Shown here one piece after another: positions 23,878 to 34,135 of a stretch of 37,891 bases of DNA. The position numbers and the translations under genes are program-made. The DNA comes from a virus (taxonomy: Duplodnaviria; Caudoviricetes): IMG/VR virus record IMGVR_UViG_3300036824_000115, positions 1-37,891 of that record; one strand, given 5' to 3'. Every line of letters starts with the position of its first letter. Within the stretch, counting starts at the first letter, position 1. The notes under the pieces are model-generated. The model made no database searches. It was given only the letters and a program-made list of their open reading frames with translations, and was not told the DNA's origin.

Positions 23878-24522
23878 ATGGCAGGTTTAAAAGAGCTGTC
23901 GGCTCAACTCCAGAGCGTGCGCAAGCAAATCCCATTTGCCACAGCGCAGGCACTAACAAGCGTGGCCAGAAAAATAGAAGCTGCGGAGAAAACTGCATTT
24001 AAGCGTCATTTGGAGAATCCCACTCCGTTTACGGTCAATTCGGTGAGATCGTTCGGTGCCCGAAAAAGCAACCTGAAGGCCAAGGTGTTCGTGATGGATA
24101 CTGCCGCCAGCTATCTTGAACCGTTCGAATTCGGCGGTCAGCATAAGCTGAACAGCCAGGCGTTGCTGAATCCCAAGAACATCAAACTGAACAAATACGG
24201 CAACCTGACGCGCAACAAGATGACGCAGTTGAAGGCAAAATCGGATGTGTTCATTGGCGATCTTGATGGCACCAACGGGGTCTGGCAGCGGCGCAAGGCC
24301 AAGAAAGGAAAGAAGGGTAAGAAGCGGCGCAAGCGTTCAGCCAATGGCACACGACAGCCACGGATGAAGATGCCGGCACCGAAGCTGCTGATCCAGTTCG
24401 GTGACGCGCTACCCGTTAAGCCGACGCTGGGTTACTTCGATCGGGCGCAGGCGATGGCCAACGCATTAATGCCTACCGAGCTGAGCCGGGCGATGGCCGA
24501 GGCAATGAGAACAGCCAAGTGA
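23878..24522 (+). CDS. Basic virion-morphogenesis-like protein upstream of the terminase
   Basis: KQIPFATAQALT..A, PTPFT motifs; AGGTGG RBS. Confidence 0.7.
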   Translation: MAGLKELSAQLQSVRKQIPFATAQALTSVARKIEAAEKTAFKRHLENPTPFTVNSVRSFGARKSNLKAKVFVMDTAASYLEPFEFGGQHKLNSQALLNPKNIKLNKYGNLTRNKMTQLKAKSDVFIGDLDGTNGVWQRRKAKKGKKGKKRRKRSANGTRQPRMKMPAPKLLIQFGDALPVKPTLGYFDRAQAMANALMPTELSRAMAEAMRTAK

Positions 24523-24584
24523 TATCAGGATTCAATCATGGGAATGAAAGCGCCAGCGGCACCTCGGGGCTTCCAGAAAAAAAT

Positions 24585-24630
24585 GGGTCCTTCCCAGCAC
24601 TTTTGTAAAGCACGGGCATTGCGCGCCGCG
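24585..24630 (+). other. Lambda-type cos: cosQ (GGGTCCT) and predicted 12-nt cohesive end GGCATTGCGCGC (24615-24626)
   Basis: Same layout as lambda GGGTCCT...TTACG-12mer-CGCG; just upstream of terS. Confidence 0.7.
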
Positions 24631-24688
24631 TTCTGCGCCTAGCTATCAACTTTTGAAATTTGGGTAACAGGTAACACGGAGGTAACAG

Positions 24689-25288
24689 ATGAACCAGTCC
24701 GATTTTGCCAAACTTCACGGCGTCAGCCGAAAGACGGTAACGAGCTGGAAGGCCCGTGGTTGGCTGGTTCTGGCCGGAGACGACATTGATGTTGAAGCGT
24801 CAAACGCCAACATAGAGCGATTCCGAAAAACTGTTACCCGACCGGAAAAAAAAGCAGCAGGTAACAAACAGGGTAACAAAACAGGTAACAGATCCTCGGG
24901 TAACAAGTCAGGTAACAAAAACGATAAGGATCTTCCCGAATCAGCGACGAAAACCGTCGAGCGGATGATCGCCGAGCACGGCGTGACGATGACGCTTGAT
25001 GAAGCACGCCAAATGAAAGAAAACTTCCTCGCGTTGCTTACCCAGCTCGAGTACGACATTAAATCCGGGCAGGTGCTGCCGTACAAAGACATGATTGAGG
25101 CGGTAGGTAATGAATACGCCCGCATGCGCACCCGTCTCATTGCGATTGCTCCTGAACATGGCCCCCGGTTGCGGGTGCTGGCTTCTACCACCAACGACGC
25201 GGAGTTTGTCCAGGCACTGCAGGAGGTGGTTTACGAGGCGATGGAGGAATTGAGCCTTGATGCAGATAACAACCGAGGAGAGAGCTAA
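24689..25288 (+). CDS. Terminase small subunit (Nu1-like)
   Basis: N-terminal wHTH MNQSDFAKLHGVSRKTVTSW; coiled coil; precedes TerL. Confidence 0.88.
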   Translation: MNQSDFAKLHGVSRKTVTSWKARGWLVLAGDDIDVEASNANIERFRKTVTRPEKKAAGNKQGNKTGNRSSGNKSGNKNDKDLPESATKTVERMIAEHGVTMTLDEARQMKENFLALLTQLEYDIKSGQVLPYKDMIEAVGNEYARMRTRLIAIAPEHGPRLRVLASTTNDAEFVQALQEVVYEAMEELSLDADNNRGES

Positions 25289-27239
25289 CGCTGCAGCCTG
25301 GCAGAATTTCACCGGGGAGTTGCGCCAACGTCGCTCCGATGTTCGCCCCCCAGAGCCGCTTTCACTGAGTGAATGGGCTAACAAATACGCAGTGCTCTCG
25401 AAAGAAACCAGTGCGCAAACGGGCCGATTCCGCTCTTTCGCCTATCAGGATGGCATGATGGATGCCATTACCGATCCGGTGGTGACGCAGATTTCTGTAA
25501 TGAAGTCGGCGCGTGTCGGCTACACCAAGATCCTTGATCACGTTGTCGGCTATTACCTGGCGCATGACCCGTCGCCGATCCTCATCGTTCAGCCGCGTGT
25601 TGAAGATGCCGAGGACTACAGTAAAACCGAGATCGCGCCGATGTTGCGTGATACCCCGGTGCTGGCGGAAATATGCGGTGATCCGAAGGCCAAGGACAGT
25701 AACCAGACCATCCTCAAAAAGACATTTGCCAACGGCGCCAACCTGACGCTGGTGGGGGCAAATAGCCCTGGCGGCTTTCGGCGTATCACCTGCCGCATCA
25801 TTCTTTTTGACGAAGTTGACGGTTATCCGGCCGGAGGTGCTGGTGTGGAGGGCGATCAGATCGCACTGGGTATCAAACGCTCAGAAACATTCTGGAACCG
25901 CAAGATTGCCCTGGGCTCAACGCCGACGGTCAAAGGGACCAGCCGCATTGAAAAGGCATATGAGGAGAGCGATCAACGTCGCTATTACGTGCCATGCCCG
26001 CATTGTGGTGAACATCAGGTATTGGAATGGGGCGGCCCTGAAACCCCTTACGGCATCAAATGGGACAAGGATGAGCATGGCGAGGGAATACCTGAAACGG
26101 CTTATTACGTGTGCCGTCACAATGGATGCGTGATCCACCATAACGAAAAATCCTCAATGGTGAAGCGTGGTGAATGGCGGGCAAGCAAGCCGTTTAAAGG
26201 TCATGCAGGCTTCCACATCTGGGCGGGGTACAGCCTGTTCCCCAATGCCGCATGGAAATACCTGGTTGCCGAGTGGTTGAGGGTTAAAAATGATCCGCTG
26301 ATGCGGCAGACATTCATTAACCTGGTGTTGGGTGAACCGTATGAAGATCGCGGTGAGAAAGCGCTGAGTGAAAAACGGTTGCTGGAACGGTGTGAAGTTT
26401 ATGGCGCCGAGGTGGCTGACCACGTTGCGGTGCTGACGGCCGGTATTGATACCCAGGATGGACGCTTTGAAATTGAAGTCACTGGTTGGGGGAAAAATGA
26501 GGAAAGCTGGTCTATCGCCTATGACGTTATTGAAGGTGATCTGGAAACCAATGAGCCATGGCAGCGACTGGATGCTTATCTAAAACAGATTTGGCGGCGT
26601 GCTGATGGGCGAGGGTTCACCATCATGGCGGCTTGCATGGACTCTGGTGGGCACCATACCCAAAAGGTGTATGAGTTCGCCAAAGAGCGTCTTGGGCGCC
26701 GCATTTGGGCGATCAAGGGGGAGTCAGCGCGCGGCGGTAAACGCTCGCCAGTTTGGCCGACTAAAAAACCCACATCCAAATCGAAAGCCAGTTTCAAGCC
26801 AATCATCATCGGTGTGAATGCAGCTAAGGATACCATTCGCGGGCGTTTGCATATTGAGGCACCAGCTCCGGGGGAACCGGCGGCCAGTTATATGCATTTC
26901 CCTGCCGATCGTGATTTGAACTACTTCAGCCAACTATTAGCGGAGCGCTCTGTTCTCAAAGTCTCTGGTGGCCAGCGTTTTCGCGTTTGGGAACAAATAC
27001 CGGGGCGGGCTAACGAAGCGCTGGACTGCCGGGTATACAGCTACGCAGCGTTGTGCGGGTTGTTTTATCTCGGGCTGAAACTGAATAAATTGGCAGACAA
27101 TATTTCAGTGAATCCTGAACGTCTATTACCGGCGCCGCAGCAACCGGAAGAAAAACCAAACCTTCGTCTGCCTGGTGTCATCATAGAAGAGCCGGAAAAA
27201 CCGAAGCGTAAACGCCTGTCACAACTTTTGCCCTCTTAA
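25260..27239 (+). CDS. Terminase large subunit, lambda GpA family
   Basis: KSARVGYT Walker A, ILFDEVD Walker B, GSTPT, CPHCG, GIDTQ, NEALDC. Confidence 0.95.
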   Translation: MQITTEERANAAAWQNFTGELRQRRSDVRPPEPLSLSEWANKYAVLSKETSAQTGRFRSFAYQDGMMDAITDPVVTQISVMKSARVGYTKILDHVVGYYLAHDPSPILIVQPRVEDAEDYSKTEIAPMLRDTPVLAEICGDPKAKDSNQTILKKTFANGANLTLVGANSPGGFRRITCRIILFDEVDGYPAGGAGVEGDQIALGIKRSETFWNRKIALGSTPTVKGTSRIEKAYEESDQRRYYVPCPHCGEHQVLEWGGPETPYGIKWDKDEHGEGIPETAYYVCRHNGCVIHHNEKSSMVKRGEWRASKPFKGHAGFHIWAGYSLFPNAAWKYLVAEWLRVKNDPLMRQTFINLVLGEPYEDRGEKALSEKRLLERCEVYGAEVADHVAVLTAGIDTQDGRFEIEVTGWGKNEESWSIAYDVIEGDLETNEPWQRLDAYLKQIWRRADGRGFTIMAACMDSGGHHTQKVYEFAKERLGRRIWAIKGESARGGKRSPVWPTKKPTSKSKASFKPIIIGVNAAKDTIRGRLHIEAPAPGEPAASYMHFPADRDLNYFSQLLAERSVLKVSGGQRFRVWEQIPGRANEALDCRVYSYAALCGLFYLGLKLNKLADNISVNPERLLPAPQQPEEKPNLRLPGVIIEEPEKPKRKRLSQLLPS

Positions 27240-27247
27240 GGATCCCT

Positions 27248-27511
27248 ATGTTTAACCGTAACACTAGCCTGCTGGCAGGTGCGATGACGCCTGCGCAATT
27301 GCAGGACGCATTGGCTAAGGCGCAGCAGGCATATATTGACCTTGCTGCCGGGTCCCGTGGTGTCTCGTTTTCGTATACCCAGGGAGATGGCACGCGTTCT
27401 GTTTCCTACCAGCAATCCTCACTGGCTGATTTGATGGCGCTGATCCAGTTGCTGCAGGCTCAGTTAGGTATTGTTCTCCGCCCACGTAGGCCGATGAGGT
27501 TTAGATTCTGA
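27248..27511 (+). CDS. gpW head-completion protein
   Basis: Between TerL and portal; AY.DL..G, GDG.RSV.Y, RRP..F.F. Confidence 0.85.
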   Translation: MFNRNTSLLAGAMTPAQLQDALAKAQQAYIDLAAGSRGVSFSYTQGDGTRSVSYQQSSLADLMALIQLLQAQLGIVLRPRRPMRFRF

Positions 27512-29154
27512 TGAATGACATCAAGATTTTAGGCCCAAACGGGCAACCGCTACCGCCATCAAGATCAAGAGCGTCCATGCTGGTGGGCGGAAGTCGGGTT
27601 CCCTACGATGCGGCGGATTCGTTCAGTGACCAGCTTGCAAACTGGCAGCCGACGCTGTGGTCACCTGACAATGAGATTAATATTTACCGCGATCGCATTG
27701 TCTCCCGCGTTCGGGATTTGGCCCGCAATGATGGCTGGGCAAGCGGGAGCATTACCCGGGTGCTTGATAACGCCGTTGGTGCGAACTTTCGCCCTATCCT
27801 TAAGCCTGATTATAGGATGCTGGCTCTGATGACTGGCAATAGTGCATTTGATTCAACCTGGGCTGATGAATATGGCAAGGTGGTTGAAGCGCACTGGCGG
27901 TCATGGGCTAACGATCCGGGACGTTTCTGCGATGTGGAGCGAAAGCAAACTGTGTCGCAAATGCTGCGGTTGGGTTTCCGCCATAAGCTTTTGGACGGCG
28001 ATGCGCTGGCTGTACTTCAATACCGCCCTGATCGGCTAGGCCCTGGGCGTGGGCGATATGCCACTACGGTGCAGATTGTTGACCCAGATCGTTTGAGCAA
28101 CCCGCAACAAAATTTCGATATGCCTAACATCCGAGGGGGTGTCGAAATTGATAGCGATGGCGCGCCAGTGGCGTATCACATCCGTGAGGCGCATATCGGT
28201 GACTGGTGGAGCGGTGCCAAAACGATGATATGGAACCGAATCCCACGGGAAACTGACTGGGGCCGACCGCACGTAGTGCATGACTATGACCATGAGCGTG
28301 GAGCTCAACACCGCGGAAATGGGATGCTAACACCGGTGGTTCAGCGCCTGAAAATGCTAATCAAGTATGACCAGTCGGAACTAGAAGCCGCTATTTTGAA
28401 TGCAGTCTTCGGTGCTTATATTACTTCACCGTATGATCCGCAGATGGTTGAAGCGGCAATGGGTGAGACTTTCGATGATAGCAGTCTTGGTGTGTATCAA
28501 GACAGTCGCGTCAGCTTCCATAAGGATAATCGCATATCGCTGCAAAATGGAGCGAGAATGCCCATTATGCATCCTGGAGAAAAAGTTGAAACGGTGAATG
28601 CCGCACGACCACACAGCAACTTTGAAGTGTTTGAAAGTGCAGCTTTGAGAAATATCGCCGCGGCTACCGGGCTGTCCACTCAGCAGGTGACGCAGGACTG
28701 GTCAGACGTTAACTACAGCTCCGCACGCTCTGCGATGCTGGAGGCATGGAAAACACTGACCCGTCGGCGTGATGATTTTTCTGTCGGGTTTGCTCAGCCG
28801 ATCCTGTCCGCTTTTATTGAAGAAATCCACGACACGGAAGATTTACCGCTGCCAAACGGTGCTCCGCATTTTCTGGACGCCAGGGCGGCTTATTGCCGTG
28901 CTCGCTGGATGGGACCAGGACGTGGATGGGTGGACCCGGTAGCAGAGAAGAAAGGCGCCATTCTTGGTATGGATGCCGGCCTTTCAACGCTGGAAATGGA
29001 AGCGGCGGAAAACGCCGGTGAAGACTGGGAAGAAATGCTCGACCAACGAGAGCGTGAAATTGCCGCATTCAAAGAGCGTGGGCTCCCGCTGCCGAGTTGG
29101 GCACAGGCCGAAATCTTCGCACCAGCAACGATAAAAGACCCGGAGGCAGAGTGA
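27511..29154 (+). CDS. Portal protein, lambda family
   Basis: R.RDL.RN, RGGVEID..G.PVAY, DWS.VNYSSAR, WVDP..E. Confidence 0.93.
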   Translation: MNDIKILGPNGQPLPPSRSRASMLVGGSRVPYDAADSFSDQLANWQPTLWSPDNEINIYRDRIVSRVRDLARNDGWASGSITRVLDNAVGANFRPILKPDYRMLALMTGNSAFDSTWADEYGKVVEAHWRSWANDPGRFCDVERKQTVSQMLRLGFRHKLLDGDALAVLQYRPDRLGPGRGRYATTVQIVDPDRLSNPQQNFDMPNIRGGVEIDSDGAPVAYHIREAHIGDWWSGAKTMIWNRIPRETDWGRPHVVHDYDHERGAQHRGNGMLTPVVQRLKMLIKYDQSELEAAILNAVFGAYITSPYDPQMVEAAMGETFDDSSLGVYQDSRVSFHKDNRISLQNGARMPIMHPGEKVETVNAARPHSNFEVFESAALRNIAAATGLSTQQVTQDWSDVNYSSARSAMLEAWKTLTRRRDDFSVGFAQPILSAFIEEIHDTEDLPLPNGAPHFLDARAAYCRARWMGPGRGWVDPVAEKKGAILGMDAGLSTLEMEAAENAGEDWEEMLDQREREIAAFKERGLPLPSWAQAEIFAPATIKDPEAE

Positions 29155-30011
29155 ATTTACCGCATCTGGCGCAAAGGCTGTTTAATACGCCTCTGGCGCT
29201 GCACCCGCAAAAAGCCGAAGTCGTCATGGCTGCCATGATGGACCGCTTCGGGATAACACGTATCAATACCCTGGCCTCTGACTGGTTGGGAGAAGACGAT
29301 AGTTTTACCCGTAAAGCACGCAAACAGGATGCGGGCTATGACGTGGTTGGAGGTATTGCAGTTATCCCTGTTCAGGGGACGTTAGTCCAGAAACTTGGCG
29401 CGTTGCGCCCCTACAGCGGCATGACCGGGTATGACGGAATCCGGCAATCATTTCTTACAGCAATGAATGATCCAGAGGTGAGCGGCATCTGTCTGGATAT
29501 CGACTCACCAGGAGGGGAGGTTGCTGGATGTTTTGACCTGGTAGACGAGATTTATCATGCCCGTGGCTCAAAACCAATCCACTCCATCCTGACAGAGAAT
29601 GCCTATTCCGCGGCGTACGCGATTGCCAGCGCTGCTGACCGTATCCACGTTCCGCGCACCGGCGGTGTCGGGTCTATTGGTGTCATCGTTATTCACTGTG
29701 ACTGGTCACAGCGAATTAAAGAAGACGGCCTGGCGGTGACCATCATCACTTATGGCGACCGCAAGGCTGAAAGCAATCCTTACGTCAAACTGTCCGATCA
29801 GGCACGCGCCGCGATTCAGGATGATGTGGATACGATGGGTAGGCTTTTTGTCAGCACAGTAGCCCGAAATCGGGGGATCGCTGAGAAAACTATCCGTAAT
29901 ACCCAGGCTGCCTGTTTCCTGGCGGCTGATGGCGTACAACTGGGGCTGGCTGACGCAGTCATGACCCCTGACGCCGCATTCCGAAAATTATTCACCGAAG
30001 CAGGAGCTTAA
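29151..30011 (+). CDS. S49-family prohead protease
   Basis: LDIDSPGG, AYSAAYAIASAA, GSIGV; GTG start overlapping the portal stop. Confidence 0.9.
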   Translation: MNLPHLAQRLFNTPLALHPQKAEVVMAAMMDRFGITRINTLASDWLGEDDSFTRKARKQDAGYDVVGGIAVIPVQGTLVQKLGALRPYSGMTGYDGIRQSFLTAMNDPEVSGICLDIDSPGGEVAGCFDLVDEIYHARGSKPIHSILTENAYSAAYAIASAADRIHVPRTGGVGSIGVIVIHCDWSQRIKEDGLAVTIITYGDRKAESNPYVKLSDQARAAIQDDVDTMGRLFVSTVARNRGIAEKTIRNTQAACFLAADGVQLGLADAVMTPDAAFRKLFTEAGA

Positions 30012-30014
30012 CGT

Positions 30015-30390
30015 ATGTCTTACTCAAAGTTTGCCCACCTGATGGGTTTTAAGAAAAAAGCCTCAGAAGATGAGGACGATGACAAAGAGAAAGGTAAAAA
30101 GGCGAAATCCCGTCGCGCGGAAGAAGAGCGCGATGACGAGGAGAACGCGGAAGAGGAAGATGATCGCGAAGACATGGAAGATGATGACAGTAATCCTGAT
30201 GCCGAAGAGGACGATGACGACGACAAAGAACAGGGAAAAAAGGCGAAGTCTCGTCGTGCGGAAGAAGACGATGATGATGAAGAGAACGACGAAAGCCGCG
30301 ATGTGAAAAAAGGTCGCCGGGCTGAGCGTAAACGTTGTGCTGCAATCTTTGGCAGTAAGCACGCAGCCGGCCGTCCTGATATGGCGGCTC
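30015..30390 (+). pseudogene. Acidic scaffold-like protein truncated by deletion
   Basis: D/E-rich repeats and AER.RCA.IF.S..AAGRPDMAA; sequence after 30390 belongs to a different gene. Confidence 0.7.
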
Positions 30391-31243
30391 TCCGACGCTT
30401 TCGAAATCACGCCATGAGGTCAGGGCAAGCGGGCGAAACAAATGCCAGGACTTGGTGGACTGTTCAGCAGAATGGCCCAATAACGTCATCAGCCAGGCTA
30501 ACGCACTGCAAATAGCTCAGCGCTTGGCGACGCCCTACGGCATAAAGGTTGCCTCTGACGTGACCGATCTGGTGACGGTGCCGCAATTCACGTTGAACTG
30601 GGGCGAGTCGTCGCAAGAAATCATCGACAGGATCAGCCGTTGGGCGGCATTACTCTATTACGACACTCCGGATGGTGATCTCCGGTTAACCCGGGTAGGA
30701 ACCCGTAAGGCCGCCAGCGGAGTGGCACAGGGTGAAAACATCGAAAGCGCCTCGCTGATGGACTCAATGGACGAGCGGTTCTCCGACTATGTCGGCGTAT
30801 CGATGTCGATGACGCCCGCGATGGAGTTTTCGCCTGACAGTGGGTATTCCGCGGTAACACTGGCGAAAGCGCAGGATCCTGAAGCGGCAAAAATGCGTTA
30901 TCGCAACCGGATCATCATTGTTGAAAGCACGATGAACTCTCATGGCCAGGCACAAAGCTGCATCGATTGGGAAATGAACCGACGCTATGGCCGATCAAGG
31001 CAGCTGCAGGTGACGGTGGATAGCTGGCGGGACAAAAACGGCAAGCTGTGGGAACCCAATACCCTCATCCCAATCAATATCCCTGAGTTTGGACTCCCTG
31101 ATGAGCAGTGGCTTCTCTCTGAAGTTACCTATATCCGTAATGGATGGGAAGGGACGACGGCGCGGATGGTGCTCATGCCGCCTGAGGCGTTCGTGGTTCA
31201 ACCTTATCAATTTTACAGCCAGGTGCAGGAGCTTAATGGATGA
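30389..31243 (+). pseudogene. Mu gp44/gpP-like baseplate hub protein, 5'-truncated
   Basis: Frame from 30389 reads SPTLSKSRHEVRASGRNKCQDLVDCSAEW; GENI, ERFSDY, WE..RR.GRS, LWEPN motifs; no native start. Confidence 0.8.
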
Positions 31244-31830
31244 GTGGCGATATTTTGAGACAGCTCGGCCGCCGCGTTTCCATGATGCTCGGCATTGGAC
31301 GGATCACCGCACACGGTGACGCAGGCGGCATTCAAAAGCTTCAGTATCAGACGCCTCTGGAAGTGCGTGGCGGAACACCACGGATGGCGGAATTTGGCTT
31401 TTCTTCAGGTCTGCCGGTGGGTACCGATGTTGTGATCGCCTATCTGGGCGGGGACCGCTCCAGCGCCGTGATTGTGGCCAGCAACAACCAGCAATATCGG
31501 CATTCCGATTTAAAGCCCGGCGAAGCGGTCATTTACAACCAGTGGGGCATGTTTATAAAACTGACTGAGAACGGCATTGAAGTTGAAGCCAAAGGCCAGC
31601 CGGTGACTGTCAGCAACGCAACAACGGTAACGGTCACAGCAACAGAGAAAATTCGGCTTGATACGCCACGCCTTGAAGTGACAGGTGACGTCATTGACAA
31701 CTGCGACAACAATGCAGCCACGCTGAAACAACTGCGTGATGGGCATAATGATCATGATCACATCGTGAAAAACGTGCAGAGCGGCAACGATGAGAAAACC
31801 AGCGAGAAACCCGGGGAGCCCGTTGAATGA
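31240..31830 (+). CDS. Baseplate spike (Mu gp45/gpV-like)
   Basis: EFGFSS..P.G, GGDRS..V, L.PGE..IY, C-terminal HDH. Confidence 0.88.
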   Translation: MSGDILRQLGRRVSMMLGIGRITAHGDAGGIQKLQYQTPLEVRGGTPRMAEFGFSSGLPVGTDVVIAYLGGDRSSAVIVASNNQQYRHSDLKPGEAVIYNQWGMFIKLTENGIEVEAKGQPVTVSNATTVTVTATEKIRLDTPRLEVTGDVIDNCDNNAATLKQLRDGHNDHDHIVKNVQSGNDEKTSEKPGEPVE

Positions 31831-32264
31831 GTGATATCAGTTCTTTCTGGGACGTCGAACGCCTGGCGGCAGATTGGCGAGAGGGCCGCGGTGACTTGAT
31901 CAACGGCGACGATCTGCAGACTGCAATCATTATCAGCCTGTTTACCGATCGGGTGGCTCGCGATGATGACGATATTGATGGTGATGATCGCCGGGGTTGG
32001 TGGGGTGATGCCGACGAGGAAAATAATATTGGTTCCCGCCTGTGGTTGCTGAGACGGCAGAAACTGACCCAGGTGGTCGCGCAAAAGGCTGAAGATTATT
32101 CCCGGGAGGCCCTGCATTGGCTTGTGACGGAAGGCGTGGTGTCATCGTTTTCTGTCGCTACTCAGATCGTTTATCCCCGCCGACTGAACATGGTGATCCG
32201 CTATCAAAGGCCGGGGAATGGTAACGATACGGATATGCGCTTTTTTTGGGTTTGGGAGCAATAA
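31827..32264 (+). CDS. Mu gp46-like baseplate protein
   Basis: AIIISLFTD, RGWWGD, GSRLWLL.R.K. Confidence 0.9.
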   Translation: MSDISSFWDVERLAADWREGRGDLINGDDLQTAIIISLFTDRVARDDDDIDGDDRRGWWGDADEENNIGSRLWLLRRQKLTQVVAQKAEDYSREALHWLVTEGVVSSFSVATQIVYPRRLNMVIRYQRPGNGNDTDMRFFWVWEQ

Positions 32265-32267
32265 ATT

Positions 32268-33416
32268 ATGCCATTCAAGCGGCCTACATTAACCGAGCTG
32301 CGTGATAAGAACCGCACACAGCTTCAATCAGAGCTCAGAAACACCGGCGCGTTATTGCGTTATTCCAATATGCGGGTGCTGGCCGACGCCGATGCCGGCC
32401 TGGCGCACCTGCATTACGGCTATCTGGATTACATCGCGCTGCAGGCGACACCTTTTAATTCCACCGATGAATGGCTGGCGGGATGGGCAGGGCTGAAAAG
32501 CGTTTACCAGAACGCCGCCAATCCGGCAGCTACGCCATCCTATAAATTTAGTGGGACGCCAGGGGCACCCGTTGGGAAAGGTGCAGTGTTGCGCCGTGGC
32601 GATGGCTATCGCTACAGTCTTATCGATGCCGTGACGATCGGCCCCGATGGCACAGGTTATGGAAAACTAACCGCAATCTTGCCTGATATTATTGATGCAC
32701 CTACAGGCGGCGGTATTGACGGTAATGCTGATGCCGGAACGTCATTGACGCTCGATATCTCATTGCCCGGCATCGACGCCAGTGGAGTAATGATCGAACC
32801 CGCGACCGGCGGAGCCGATATTGAAACGCAGGAAAGTTTGCGCGCCCGCATGCTGCTGGCATACCAAAACCCACCGCAAGGCGGCAGTGATACAGATTAT
32901 GAGCAATGGACGTTGGCTGTGCCTGGCGTCACGCGTTGTTGGGTCAAACGGAGGCTTATGGGCGCTGGCTCCGTTGGGGTGTACATCATGTGCGATGGCA
33001 ACGATGAAACCAATCACGGTTTCCCGGTCGGTACTGATGGCATTTCCCAACTGGATGACTGGGGCGCACAGAAAGCCACCGGGGATCAAGGGCGCGTGGC
33101 TGATTACATCTACCCGCGCGCGCCAGTCACTGCTCTGGTTTATGTATGCTCACCTGTACCGAAGACAGTTGATTTTGAAATCAGTGGGATCAGTCATGTT
33201 GGCAGCGACATTACAGCTGCCATCGCCAAGGCCATCGACAATGTTTTTTTTGAAGGTGGAACGCCGGTCGGAAATGGGAGGATTTTCCTCTCAGATCTGA
33301 ACAGGGCGATAGGAGATATAGACGGCACGGCGGGCTTCATTCTTGTATCGCCAGCAACAAATATCGATCTTGCTGTGGGGGAGTTGCCGGTACGCGGTGA
33401 GGTGAACTACACATGA
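32268..33416 (+). CDS. Baseplate J / Mu gp47 family
   Basis: MPF.RPTL.EL, GGAD.E, PPQGG...DY..W...VPGVTR. Confidence 0.92.
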   Translation: MPFKRPTLTELRDKNRTQLQSELRNTGALLRYSNMRVLADADAGLAHLHYGYLDYIALQATPFNSTDEWLAGWAGLKSVYQNAANPAATPSYKFSGTPGAPVGKGAVLRRGDGYRYSLIDAVTIGPDGTGYGKLTAILPDIIDAPTGGGIDGNADAGTSLTLDISLPGIDASGVMIEPATGGADIETQESLRARMLLAYQNPPQGGSDTDYEQWTLAVPGVTRCWVKRRLMGAGSVGVYIMCDGNDETNHGFPVGTDGISQLDDWGAQKATGDQGRVADYIYPRAPVTALVYVCSPVPKTVDFEISGISHVGSDITAAIAKAIDNVFFEGGTPVGNGRIFLSDLNRAIGDIDGTAGFILVSPATNIDLAVGELPVRGEVNYT

Positions 33417-34087
33417 GCCAGTTTACCGCAGAAAATTATCAGCAGGCACTACAGGCGCTCATACCTACAGGATTAGCGTGGCCACGTGATACGGGAAGTG
33501 TTCAGGCCGCGGTGCTTCGCGCACTGGCCGCCGGGTTCCAACGCAGCGACAACGACGCGATTGCTCTTTTGGTTGGGGCTTTTCCAGAAACTGCCACGAT
33601 TTTGCTGACTGAGTGGGAAAAAACACTTGGCTTACCGGATGATTGCTCGATCGGTGAGGTAGACACTATTGCAAAGCGTCAGGCTGCAGTGGTTTCAAAA
33701 TTTATCAGTACTGGCGGACAATCACGCACCTACTTTATCAGTATCGCCAAAGCCCTCGGGTACAACATCACGATCAAGGAATACCGCCAGGCACGTGCGG
33801 GGCTTTCTGTCTGCGGTGATGGGCTCAATGGAGATGACTGGCCATTTGCCTGGTTGGTTGAGGCTGAGGAAACCACGATTACTTACGCGCGCGCGGGGAT
33901 GAGCTACTGCGGTGATCCGCTGCGTTCCTGGGGAAATCGGCAGCTTGAATGCCGCATGAATGCCCTGGCGCCGTCGCACACCATCGTGAAGTTCGGTTAC
34001 ATCAATTTCGGTTTTAACGATGAAGGTGTTTATAACGTAACACCAGAGTTTGCCGAAATATTCGATATAGCCTCAGGCAATATTTAA
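33413..34087 (+). CDS. YmfQ/DUF2313 (Mu gp48-like) baseplate protein
   Basis: LIP.G.AW, LL.EWE..LGLPD, GGQS..YF, LEC......PSHT. Confidence 0.9.
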   Translation: MSQFTAENYQQALQALIPTGLAWPRDTGSVQAAVLRALAAGFQRSDNDAIALLVGAFPETATILLTEWEKTLGLPDDCSIGEVDTIAKRQAAVVSKFISTGGQSRTYFISIAKALGYNITIKEYRQARAGLSVCGDGLNGDDWPFAWLVEAEETTITYARAGMSYCGDPLRSWGNRQLECRMNALAPSHTIVKFGYINFGFNDEGVYNVTPEFAEIFDIASGNI

Positions 34088-34135
34088 AACCCATTTAATA
34101 AACAATATTAATCGTTTCATTAGCGAGGATTTGTC

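Noticed and set aside
30060-30320. GAY/GAR-rich repeats as a DNA repeat element
   Set aside because: Explained by the acidic low-complexity scaffold protein with an internal duplication (KKAKSRRAEE twice)
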